Under the pieces are notes generated by a model that was given only the letters and a program-made list of their open reading frames with translations, did not search any database and was not told the origin of the DNA. A stretch of DNA of 64,000 nucleotides from Macrostomum lignano (Eukaryota), in NCBI GenBank assembly GCA_002269645.1, contig NIVC01001009.1, positions 153,402 through 217,401 of the forward strand, given 5' to 3'. Shown piece after piece: positions 24,370 to 36,600 of the stretch; within the stretch, counting starts at the first letter, position 1; every line of letters begins with the position of its first letter. Position numbers and translations under genes: made by a program.

Positions 24370-25895
24370 GTTGCAGCACTGAAGACAAGGTAAGTCGCAC
24401 CGAGGGCAAGCTAAGTCGCACCGAGGGCAAGCTAAGTCGCAGCAGGACCGAGCTAAGTCGCATCGAGGGCGAACTAAGTCGCACCGAGCGAGAGCTAAGT
24501 CGCACCGAGGGCGAGCTAAGTCGCACCGAGGGCAAAATAAGTCGCACCGAGCGAGAGCTAAGTCGCACTAAGTCGCAGCAGGACCGAGCTAAGTCGCACC
24601 GAGGGCGAGCTAAGTCGCAGCAGGACCGAGCTAAGTCGCACCGAGGGCGAACTAAGTCGCACCGAGCGAGAGCTAAGTCGCACTAAGTCGCAGCAGGACC
24701 AAGCTAAGTCGCACCGAGGGCGAGCTAAGTTGCAGCAGGACCGAGCTAAGTCGCACCGAGGGCGAACTAAGTCGCACCGAGCGAGAGCTAAGTCGCACTG
24801 AGGGCGAGCTAAGTCGCAGCAGGACCGAGCTAAGTCGCACCGAGGGCGAACTAAGTCGCACCGAGCGAGAGCTAAGTCGCACTAAGATGCAGCAGGACCA
24901 AGCTAAGTCGCACCGAGGGCGAGCTAAGTTGCAGCAGGACCGAGCTAAGTTGCATCGAGGGCGAACTAAGTCGCACCGAGCGAAAGCTAAGTCGCACTGA
25001 GGGCGAGCTATGTCGCAGCAGGACCGAGCTAAGTCGCACTAAGGGCGAGCTAAGTCGCACCGAGGGCAAAATAAGTCGCACCGAGCGAGAGCTAAGTCGC
25101 ACTAAGTCGCAGCAGGACCGAGCTAAGTCGCACCGAGGGCGAGCTAAGTTGCAGCAGGACCGAGCTAAGTCGCACCGAGGGCGAACTAAGTCGCACCGAG
25201 CGAGAGCTAAGTCGCACTGAGGGCGAGCTAAGTCGCAGCAGGACCGAGCTAAGTCGCACTAAGGGCGAGCTAAGTCGCACTGAGGGCAAAATAAGTCGCA
25301 CCGAGCGAGAGCTAAGTCGCACTAAGTCGCAGCAGGACCGAGCTAAGTCGCACCGAGGGCGAGCTAAGTCGCAGCAGGACCGAGCTAAGTCGCACCGAGG
25401 GCGAACTAAGTCGCACCGAGCGAGAGCTAAGTCGCACTAAGTCGCAGCAGGACCGAGCTAAGTCGCACTAAGTCGCAGCAGGACCGAGCTAAGTCGCACC
25501 GAGGGCGAGCTAAGTCGCACCGAGCGAGAGCTAAGTCGCACCGAGGGCGAGCTAAGTCGCAGCAGGACCGAGCTAAGTCGCATCGAGGGCGAACTAAGTC
25601 GCACCGAGCGAGAGCTAAGTCGCACTGAGGGCGAGCTATGTCGCAGCAGGACCGAGCTAAGTCGCACTAAGGGCGAGCTAAGTCGCACCGAGGGCAAAAT
25701 AAGTCGCACCGAGCGAGAGCTAAGTCGCACTAAGTCGCAGCAGGACCGAGCTAAGTCGCACCGAGGGTGAGCTAAGTCGCACCGAGGGCGAGCTAAGTCG
25801 CACCGAGCGAGAGCTAAGTCGCACTGAGGGCGAGCTAAGTCGCAGCAGGACCGAGTAAGTCGCAGCAGGGCCGAGGTAAGTCGCAGCAGGACTGA
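24370..25895. repeat. About 21-bp subterminal minisatellite of the hAT element (CTAAGTCGCACCGAGGGCGAG and variants)
   Basis: Tandem variant units, all containing TAAGTCGCA. Confidence 0.95.
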
Positions 25896-26110
25896 GTTAA
25901 GTCGCAGAGCATCTTTAGGATTATTAGGATAGGATTAGTTTAGGATGAATTTAATGTATCACTTACTAGGGTGTAGGCTACGTGTGCATTAACGCATCAA
26001 TTTGAAAAATTAAGAATTACGAAGCCAGAAATGGCTAAGGAATAGAAATAGGGATAGAATAACTTATAAGCAGTAATTTTTCAGCCCTATTACAATTGCA
26101 AATCATACTT

Positions 26111-29100
26111 TTAATAATATTTAATTAGCAAATTAAAACTGCAAGATTCTAACGGTCTTATATATGAACTTAGAAGAACTGTAGTCTGACCAGAGATTGT
26201 CCTTTCTGTAGCGCGTTCTGAAGCATCTGCATCTCTAGAGTCTGAATCAGAAAGATGGTCCTCTGTTTCAGATTCAGAGCTGTCATCTTCCATTCCAAAC
26301 CGTCTAGCAAGAGGTATGATTCTCGAACTGTATGTAAAGACAGTATGTAATGTTTCAGCATTAGGCAATAACACTGGGTTGAGCACATTAAATATTGAGT
26401 AGTCATCCTCAGGAAAATAATTACGCAGCTGATCAATTATGCTATCAATGATTCGACTGTGAATCTCATCCAGTGCTGGATAAGCTCCCATGTCAACAAC
26501 ACTGCCACGTCCACTAGCATCAAATAATCTATTTCTTAGAGATCTGTCTGCAGCAGAACCTGGTTGCTTCAACTCAAACCTCTCTGTTGGATCGCTGCTT
26601 CCAGGGCCGGAAGGACAAGCAAAGTTAGAATAAGATAGGTCTCTTGTGTGACATCCTGAATGGTATTCCAGCTGCGGATATCCATCTGCAGTTCCCAAAA
26701 CTCGACGACACTTGCAGGAAGCCAAAAAGTCCACAATGCGAGGACCATTGTTCGTTTTTAAGGTTTCTAGTGAATTGATAAGGTTAGTGTGGCGTTCTTG
26801 CAAGCCAATAAATGTACCCTTGGCTCTTTGAAACTGCAAGGACTCAAATTCCAGTAATTTTAGAATGTCCATGAGAAATAGATGTAATGAATAATACCGG
26901 ACATTTTGCAATGTTTTCAATAATCCAGAGGCAGTTGCTTTACTTTCGTCATCAAAGCCTGAGGAAGGTGATTTGATATTTTCTAAATTTGTCAGAAGCA
27001 AGTAGTACGACTTTCGAATCACATCAAGAGCAGACACTTCCGATGCAACCCACCTGATGCGATATATTCTTTTTAATTCATAGAAAACCAAGTTGAGTGC
27101 TTCCGAAGTTTGTGCCAAAGATGCCTTACGTTTAACAGCGTGGCTCATATAAAATTTGTGTAGAGAATTTATATTCTTATCGAGATGTTGCATAAATGGG
27201 AAGATTTCAAAGGCATGATAGATTGAAAGTTCTAACTTATGCGCTGCACAATGGTGCTGAAAAAATTGTTTGCTAGCCCAAGGCCTCAGTTGACTTATTA
27301 ATCCCACTCGACTTCCTGTCATTACGGATGCACCATCAGTTGTCACCCCCAATAGCCTTCGTTTGATTTCATCTTCTAGCTTGTCATCCGAAAATAAACG
27401 GATGAGAAGTTCATAAATGCTTCGTCCAGTCTCTACTTCAGTCAGACGTTTAAACCGATAAAAAACATCAAATGTTGGCTGTTTTCAAGAACTCTGAAGT
27501 ATATCATGACGTAGCTGTTTGAATGAATATCAGACGTTGTATCTAGTACAATAGAAATCGGAAGATTGTCAGCACTTTTAATGTAATTCACAAATGTCCG
27601 ATGCATTGTATTACTGATTGATTCCACCATTGCTGCGGCACTTTTGCGATGCTTATGATGGCTCCCCATATCCAACCCATTTTTTACTTGTAAATCAATC
27701 ATATTTGGATGAGCACTGAATGGAATATTAGATTTGACTTCGGCATAAACTGTTGTCAAAACTCGGGCTGTTATTTCATCTCGTTTAGTTTTAGCTAGTC
27801 TAGCGGCCTCATTCATCTGTTTGAGTTGCTTTGCAAGAACTGAAGTATGTTTTTCCTTCATCCACTTTATGGCGTCACTGAAGTGTATTTGATGAATGTT
27901 CCTGTAGTTTTCTTCGTACGCTATCTTTTGCATGACCTTTGGGAATGTAGCCTTGTTCTGTTGCAAAAGTTAACTTACGTTGGCTCTCTAGATTTGTCTC
28001 CTTTTTCTTATGTGCATTCAAAAATTTTCTGCAGATCCGACATTGTATTCCAGATCTTGATAGATCTTCGGTGTTTTGAACATATTGAAACCATGTCTTC
28101 ATTTCTTGTGACACAAATTTTCTTGAAAATGATCTGCAATGGTCAAATTAGAGAATATTTTGGGATTTGGACTATTTGTGAGTATCTAAAAGCAATATGC
28201 TAATAAGTGCAATACACAATACACTATACATTAATTTACAGTTCGTCAGTTTCCATTTACTTACTGTGACTGGTGCATCTCCAAAGAATGTAACCACTCC
28301 TCTCGAAAACCAGATGTATCCTCCCAGTCCTTTTTAGGGAAAACTTCAATATTTTCGCCCATCATAGAGGAAGACGAGGGCTTTGATGCTGAAGTGGCTA
28401 GACATGCGTCTGCAGATGTGCTTATGCATGGTATTTTTTTTTGCGATGGCCCTGCTTCTGCAGTATTTACTTGTACAATTTCAACATCACCTGAACCCCT
28501 TGAGTCGCTCGAATCTAAATCAACAATAGGACTTTGGCAAAGTGATCGTTTCGTTGATTGTCTTTGAATATTTACTTGCCTAATAATTTCCACTTGTAGT
28601 TTGCTTGTTTGCTGGTCATTCTCCAACAACTCTCTTCTTTCCTGTACATTTGCAGCAGAGCAAAAATTAGAAGTTTCTGCAGCAGCAGTTTGAACAGCAT
28701 GATCTCGATTAGCTGCTATTTGCTCTGAAAATTCATAGGACCTGGCCAATTCACTACGGTGTGAGCTTTCAGAACATGGAGCTGGAGCAGGAGCTAGTCG
28801 CATTTCGATTCTTTCTGTTGCTGATGAAGCAGATGCTAATGCTGAGTCTGCCAATGTACCTGCTTCTCTTGAAGGTGTATTTATGATGGCTTCAATATTG
28901 TCCTCTAAAATCCAATGAGCACCTGAGCAGTCATTTTCTCTACCTGGAGTCAACTGTCCAAGTTTCCACCTTGTAAAAAGCAAAGGCTTTCGTAACTCAC
29001 TGCTGGATTCAGGGCACCGGTTTATTGAATAGTCCTCATGACCAAGTTCATCCCATTCTCTTGCTGGCTTTAAGATGTAGTTGGGCTTGTCTCTTAGCCT

Positions 29101-29892
29101 ACGATAAATGGACTAAAAAAATGTGCACCTGTTATTTTGTGTACTTCGTGCATAGATGATCATGTCATGCACATTGTTCCTAATAATTTCAGCTAATGAG
29201 TTATCAATGATAATTTTATCTTCATAAACAGGTCTTCTTTGTGTTGCATGCATTTTAGCTAGTCGCAGTTTTCCAATGCTACTGGCAGTTGTGGAACTTG
29301 AACTGTCCGATTCTGATCTAGAAAAGTCTCGTTGATACAAGAGAATAATGGCCATAGCACTTTTACCATTCCCATTCTTTAATGCATTTGGTTCTGTTGG
29401 AATTGTCTTACTAGCAGACTTGAAAAAATCAATGATGGATGACTGCGATGATCCACTAGGAGCGGAACTTGGCAGCCCATGTCTAGTTTTTCCCTGATAC
29501 CCAATAGATGTATCGGTAAAAAACATATCTGCTGCTTCCTGCTTCTCTTTTGATGCAATAACAAAGAAACTGCTGTCCGTTTTGAAGCCCGAGGACCGAT
29601 AGAAGTCAGCAGAAAATGAAACCACAGGTCGTCTAAAATCGCCGCTATATTCTTGAACTCCAATCAGAAGAAAATCACGGAGTCTCACTGGCACTGATCC
29701 TAATAGCATTGCAGTTGTGGAACAAACTTTCTTCAGCTCAATGAACTCTGAAAATTCTTGAGATCCAATATTAGGCTCATCAGTATTTAACTCATTTATA
29801 ACAATTGAGCACTCACTCTCAGCTAGAATACCATTGATAGCTAGGATGCCACTTAGAATCAGTAGGCAAAGACAACTAAGGCTGTACATCAT
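26111..29892 (-). pseudogene. Disrupted gene: signal peptide + lamin-tail-like domain + linker + TTF-type Zn finger + ZNF862/KIAA1586-like hAT transposase
   Basis: ATG 29892 follows a 5'UTR intron (29987-29894). Frame is open to 28265 except one TAG (29113-29115). Intron 28264-28134 (CA|gtaagt...ttgcag|A) joins FREEWLH..HQSQ to SFSRKFVSQEMKTWFQY...CRIC. Frameshifts at about 27890 and about 27470. hAT motifs LDTTSD, GVTTDGASVMTG, HCAAHKLEL, RW. No C-terminal dimerisation domain. Confidence 0.85.
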
Positions 29893-32800
29893 TCTGTGAA
29901 AGATTAAGTCGAGTATATGATTTTGGTGATAAAATAAAATTGATTTATGAGTATTACTATATAAATAAAACATTTAAAAGCCCTTACCTTTACCAATTCA
30001 TGTACAGAAAGTAAGTGTAAATACAACCAATTGCCTTGGTAGTTTAGTTATATGCTCGTATCAGATGCAGGCAGACAGCATAGGCTGCCAAGGTGCTATA
30101 AGTTAAGGTTAACTTTCACTATTTGGCTTTACAGACTGCTTTTATCGCTGCATGCATTGACTTAGCCTTAGCTTGTGCCATCATACTCATACAGCTATAT
30201 ATACATATGTATCTCTGCCACTCCCCACTTTTGCAACCTTACACTGTACAATCATGCCTAAAACACTCCGTGTCAAGTGTACTGTTCTAGTGCCACATGG
30301 GGTACAAATACGATTAGGAATGACAAGAGTCAAAACCATACATGCACAATAGTTGGCCGATATGGACGACTGATTTGGCGGCCAACCAAGGTAAGTTGCA
30401 AAAATGCCCACCCAAATAAATACCAAAGTAGTATTAAGTAGCTGACGAAGCATTTTGCCTTAATAAAGACAGTTATAGTTACTCCTGCCGTTTACCCAAA
30501 GTTGCGTTAATTTTGCTTTTAGGTTTTTTTCATGTAAGTCGCATTTTTGGCCGAAAACTACGTCGCATTTTTGTTAAAACTAAGTCGCACGGCCGACCAA
30601 ATTTTGGAGGTTGCGCATGTATGAGTGTGGTAGTCTTGGTCCTTTACCCTACCATGCATACTAGCTCTTCAATAAAATATTGTATATATGCCACTGTGAT
30701 AATAATGCTTTTCTTATTTGTACAGTAGCTAAATTGTATTATATTTAGAAAAATGGGCCTGCTATTTTTAATTTAGTATGTGTAGTGCATATATCTATAA
30801 ATTATATAGGGCCTAATTATTAATTTGAAATTTTCCTGCCAAAGTTGCCAGTGATATAATAGTAACAGTCCACTTTAGTAACAAATGATAACCATTTTGA
30901 TAATAGCCACTTCTTGAACAAGTGAGAATAAAAATGTTAATATGATATGCTCCAAAAGAATATGTAAACAAACTTTAAAGAAAGAATAGCTAAAATTATT
31001 GAGATACATTATATTCTCACATACTTCAAGAGATTTGGATTGATGCAGACTTATGTATACATGCTAATATGCATAACTGATCTATTTTTATTTCTAGATA
31101 TGCTAGGGTTTAGATACATATACCATACCAAAGTAGACTCAAAGATATCTTATTGGGGCCTATTATAGACCAAATATTGTATATATTAGAATCTCTGAGT
31201 TGGTAACTTGAAATTATAGAATCTACTTTTTTCTTCAATAATTATTTCAAATATTTAATTTTTAATGTAGCATTATTTAATTTTTTCCTTTAATTTTTTC
31301 AAAAACTTAAAAAGCCATAGTCCAGATCATGTTGAGTGCATGCTAGAATGCTTTAAATCAATGTATACTAATGCCAAGTAAATAGACACTGACACTAAAT
31401 AGGGCCTAAGTGCATACCAATGCTAATTGCAGTTGCAACAATATAGTATGCATTTAAAATTTTCTGTGTGCAAATGAAGGAAAGTGTAGTTGTGAGCATG
31501 CATAATTGGCATGCAGTATACATTATAAAATATCAGTGTAAGGCATATAATAGATAGATATTTAAAGTTAGTTGCTGCAAAGTTTTTATAATTCAAGGCT
31601 AAATTGGAGGAGTGGTTTTTCTAAAGGTATTAACTAGGATAAATTTAAATAATTGAAAAGATATCGAGGTCATTCCATGAGAGGGTCCTATTATATATTT
31701 TTAAACTTTAAGCACTTGTAACTTTTGAACCATAATAGATAGAACAAAGCTTCAAAAATCAATATTTGTCAAACTTCTAGTTGTATTTTTCATATAGCTG
31801 CTAATATATTCTAAAACAACTGAACATATAGCAGAGCATAAACAATGCTGATAGTCATTTGATAGTTCTTTGATAAAATGAATATCAGCATAGTTTATGC
31901 TTTGTTATATGTTCAGTTGTTTAGAATTCATTAGCAGCTATATGAAAAATAGCAGCATTCAATAGCAGCAAATATAATTATACATTTCTATTTCAAGACT
32001 GTCAAAAATGACTTCAAATCTATCAAAGATAGCCAAAATCTATATAATCAGCTTCAGCTTATAAGCTATATCAAAGAACCTTAGATCAATTTTTTCACTA
32101 GTAACTTTAGATCTTATCTTCAATGAATCAAGTCTTTTTAAACAGATAAATAATTAATTAGAAGTAAAGTTCATGCATCAGTCATTAGGCAAAGATGTTT
32201 CATGGTAAAGGGTAATATCATCTGTCATTGAGCAATGTCTCAGCAATGCATTTACCAAATAAAAATATTAACATGGATATATAGATAGAATAGTATAAAT
32301 AGGCCCATTAGCTTGTAGATGCTAATTAGGCTTGATCTTAAATCTTGGTTGAATTTCATTTTATCTCAAAAGTATAGAACCCAAGTCTTAAAAATCTTAT
32401 AAATTTGATATTGTTTAGCCCTTAATGTCAACTAATACAGATCCTTTATTGCAGCCAATAGCCATTATTGCAAACACTGTCTATTGTAGATTGGCCCCTA
32501 GCAGTATAGGCAAGGTCTAGCATAGTCTGGCATAGAAAAATATGGTATCTGGCATGGTTACAATAGGGAAATAGATGCTTTCAAGCAAAATAGCAAAATA
32601 TTCTTTTGTAAATCTGTTGACATGGTATATGTAACGAACCAAAGTTGAGGACTCAGTAAAAACAATGGTCACATTAGGACTATACTAGCCAATAGCCATC
32701 AGTAATGCACATAGCCTAATCATTAATAGTTGTCTATCCCTTAGACCATAAAGTCCATAGGTTGAGTCCATATTAATTTGCATATATAATGTGCTCTTAG

Positions 32801-33615
32801 AGATAACCTTTATTCATTATCCATTGCATATATGCCAATTGTGCATCTTTGGTGCTTGGCAAATTCCAACCTACATGTATATGTCAGTTACATGTATACT
32901 TTAAAGTAATCAGAATGCTAGTTGAAGCTTTCATAAATTTTTAATAAACCCTAGACTTATTTTACCTTAAAAATAATATATTATATGACTAAACATTAAT
33001 GACCAAACAAGGGATCTTGCCAGTTCTACACCTTCTGTTTATCATGCCATCATATTGCTGCATTTGCAACCCTAAATGATGGTCTGATTTTTTAGATGTG
33101 TCAATTTGCATTTCAAGGTGCATATTAAGTCTATTGATTTTTATTCATTTAGGATGGCAAAATATATAAAGAAGATTTAATTGAAAATATATACTATGAA
33201 TAATAATATTTAACCTTACAAAACAGCATATTGATAAAATAATAGGATAACTGCATTATTGCCAAATATTTCCCTCCCATATCTTATCCAATTTAGTCAC
33301 TATTCCATAGGTTTCAAGCATTCAGCCATGCATATTTCTTTTCTTAAGAAGCCAAAGCTAAGGCCTCAGTGGGTCAAATAGGAGGGAAATTAGAAATGAA
33401 AAAATAATAGCATTGGTACAGCTGGTTTTAATAATTGGTTAACCATTGAAAGGCAGTTTTGATATTCTTGGACATGACATGCTCTAATGCTAGTCTCATA
33501 AATAGATGCCATGTTTATAAGTATTCCTAACTCAAGATTTATGCGTCTTAAATTTCCTTTATTCTATTTAGAAATAAAACAGTTGTATTTTTGTTCATTA
33601 TGCATTTTTCTGTTC

Positions 33616-36600
33616 ATGATGGACGCAGAAATCGATCAACTGGAGCACGAAGTTGAAAAGATTTACCAGCAGCTTGACTTGAGTGATGATCCTGAGCTGG
33701 AAAAACTGGTTGATGAAAATTTAAAGTGTCGCTACAGAGTCCAGCAATTAAAAATGGTGAGAGCAGAAATTATTCTTTGGCTAATGGCTAGTAGTATGAG
33801 CCTCGTAGAGTAGTCCAGTCTGTTAGGAGTCTGGTAGAGTAGTCCAGTCTGTTAGGAGTCTGGTAGAGTAGTTCAGTCTGTTAGGAGTCTGGTAGAGTAG
33901 TTCAGTCTGTTAGGAGTCTGGTAGAGTAGTTCAGTCTGTTAGGAGTCTGGTAGAGTAGTTCAGTCTGTTAGGAGTCTGGTAGAGTAGTTCAGTCTGTTAG
34001 GAGTCTGGTAGAGTAGTTCAGTCTGTTAGGAGTCTGGTAGAGTAGTTCAGTCTGTTAGGAGTCTGGTAGAGTAGTTCAGTCTGTTAGGAGTCTGGTAGAG
34101 TAGTTCAGTCTGTTAGGAGTCTGGTAGAGTAGTCCAGTCTGTTAGGAGTCTGGTAGAGTAGTTCAGTCTGTTAGGAGTCTGGTAGAGTAGTTCAGTCTGT
34201 TAGGAGTCTGGTAGAGTAGTTCAGTCTGTTAGGAGTCTGGTAGAGTAGTTCAGTCTGTTAGGAGTCTGGTAGAGTAGTTCAGTCTGTTAGGAGTCTGGTA
34301 GAGTAGTCCAGTCTGTTAGGAGTCTGGTAGAGTAGTCCAGTCTGTTAGGAGTCTGGTAGAGTAGTTCAGTCTGTTAGGAGTCTGGTAGAGTAGTTCAGTC
34401 TGTTAGGAGTCTGGTAGAGTAGCTCAGTCTGTTAGGAGTCTGGTAGAGTAGTCCAGTCTGTTCAGGTGAAAGCAGTCGAGGTTAGTTTACAGCTGGTAGA
34501 CAGACAGTTGCCAGACAATATGAGCACAGTTTAGGTAAACCCGAAACCCGCAGAGCATAGCAAAGGAGCGAGCCAAGCCCCTGGATCGCATGATCAGCGT
34601 GCAGGCGGCGCTGAGTGCCCATCTTCAAGCGGCAATACGGGCCGCTTATCCGGAAGCGGCAGCGGCGGTTAAAGTACAGCTGACATCGAGCGCTAAAGAA
34701 GAATTTGGCGACTATCAGTGCAGTAACGCAATGTCGCTGGCTAAAGCGGTCAAGCTGCAGCCAAGGCAGGTTGCCGCGGCGATAGTTGACAAGCTGGAAG
34801 CTGGCGATCTGATTGAGAAAACTGAGATCGCCGGTCCCGGCTTCATCAACATTTCGCTTCGTCGGCAGCCGGTTATTGAGGAGCTGAACCGGCTGCTGGT
34901 GCACGGCGTCCGTCCGCCGCCCGTGGACCGGAAGCGTCGCGTTATTGTGGATTATTCGTCGCCTAACATTGCTAAGCAGATGCACGTGGGTCATCTAAGG
35001 TCAACTATTATTGGTGATAGCGTAGCTCGACTGTGCCGTTTTTTAGGCCATGAAGTGTTGGCTTTGAATCACGTTGGCGATTGGGGCACCCAGTTCGGTA
35101 TGCTGATTGCACACCTGAAGGACCGATTCCCGGATTATGCGACCAAGTGTCCGCCTATTGGGGATCTGCAGGTGAGCAAATTGTAGCTGCTGCATGATTA
35201 TTAATGCTAGTAGTAGTATTAGTAGCAGTTGAAGAATTTAAGTTGTATAAAGTAGATAGTTGTTATTAATGATATTTATTATGAAAAAGTTACTCTCGTA
35301 AATCATTAGTTGTAGTAGTGTAGCATTAATCTTGCCAATAGATAGAAATTTATTGAGCGATAAAATTACAAAGGGCCTGTCAACTTAAGCTCATAAGGTG
35401 GAGCCCGAGTAACCTATGTATGCGTCATTCTGCTCACAGTGACACCAAGAATCTGGGTTGGGCAAAAAGCAACGAAAATTGGACTTGTAAATAATTTAGG
35501 GACTATTATGCTAACTTAAGCTCATAAGGTAGAGTCCTAATTATCCCCTTGGCCTTGCTTGTTCACCCCTATCCCAAGTCACCCCTATCCACTGCGAGAA
35601 GAATGACCTATCATTTGTGTACATAGGTTACTCGGGCTCCACTTTATGAGCTCAAGTTGATAGGCCCTTTACTGGTCATGCTTGGCCAGCTCTAACTCCC
35701 TATTCATCTACAATGCCATGCCGATAATTATTAACCGCAAGTTAATGAAATCATCACTTATCGCAGGCCTTCTACAAGGAGTCCAAGGTTCGATTCGACT
35801 CCGATGAGCAATTCAAACAGCGCGCCTACGCCGCCGTGGTGTCCTTGCAGCGCAGGGATCCGGATTCCACCGCCGCATGGAAACTAATCTGCGATGCTAG
35901 TAGGAAAGACTTTCAGGTAAGCTGTGTTGCTATGGAGTTTCCTTTTTTAGTTTCTTGAAATATTGCTGTAAAGCCATAATTGCATGCGTAAAATGCAAAC
36001 AACGCAGCGCCCATCGTGCGATCCCATTGAGCGGCAGGACTGCTCACAAACATACGCTTATATGGCTGCACCAGCTGTTATCATCCATTTTATATCGTCC
36101 TTAGTGGGTCATCTTGCATGATACTGTGGTACTCGAGGTGCCCTGGCACACCGCTTTTTGTTTTGCCAAAATGTCCGGGTTAACCATCCGTTCATGGTGG
36201 AGGTCACTAAGTTATAAAAATTGACTAATTCACAAATACGAAACATGTATGCACTGAAACTGGAGCACCGACAGCTCAAAACTAAAAGCTGACAAGCGTC
36301 TGTTTAACTGGACAAAGGAGCTGGCGGAAAATTTTACAGCTGAGTGCCAATTTGGCAGCCGGGGTCCAAATTCAGAATGGCAAAATTTGCCAATACGTAA
36401 TTTCTGACATGCTCCCTATTTATTTCCAGCGAGTGTACGGCCGCCTTGGCGTTGAGAATCTGGTTGAACGCGGCGAATCATTCTACCAGGACCTCATGAC
36501 CGAAGTTGTCGACGAATTGAAAAGCGGCGGTCATCTGGTGCCGGACGAGGGCCGCCTCATCATGTGGCCGCCTGGATGCGACATCCCCCTCACTGTGGTG

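Larger units (their letters stand above)
24181..30623 (-). mobile_element. hAT DNA transposon, 6443 bp, carrying a signal-peptide/LTD-like domain fused to its transposase
   Basis: Perfect 14-bp TIR CATACATGCGCAAC (24181-24194, 30610-30623); 8-bp TSD AGTGTGGT (24173-24180, 30624-30631); shared subterminal TAAGTCGCA motifs; internal hAT transposase. Confidence 0.93.

Noticed and set aside
24251-25730. CRISPR-like array or RLSSPSV repeat proteins
   Set aside because: No unique spacers, no cas genes, eukaryotic context; these are variant units of a hAT subterminal repeat.
29113-29115. Programmed readthrough or recoding of the in-frame TAG
   Set aside because: Context TAG-TCC is not a known readthrough signal and the same gene has two frameshifts; a nonsense mutation (likely GAG to TAG) or assembly error is simpler.
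31786-31950. About 60-bp inverted repeat (hairpin)
   Set aside because: Typical decayed MITE interior; nothing indicates a structured RNA.
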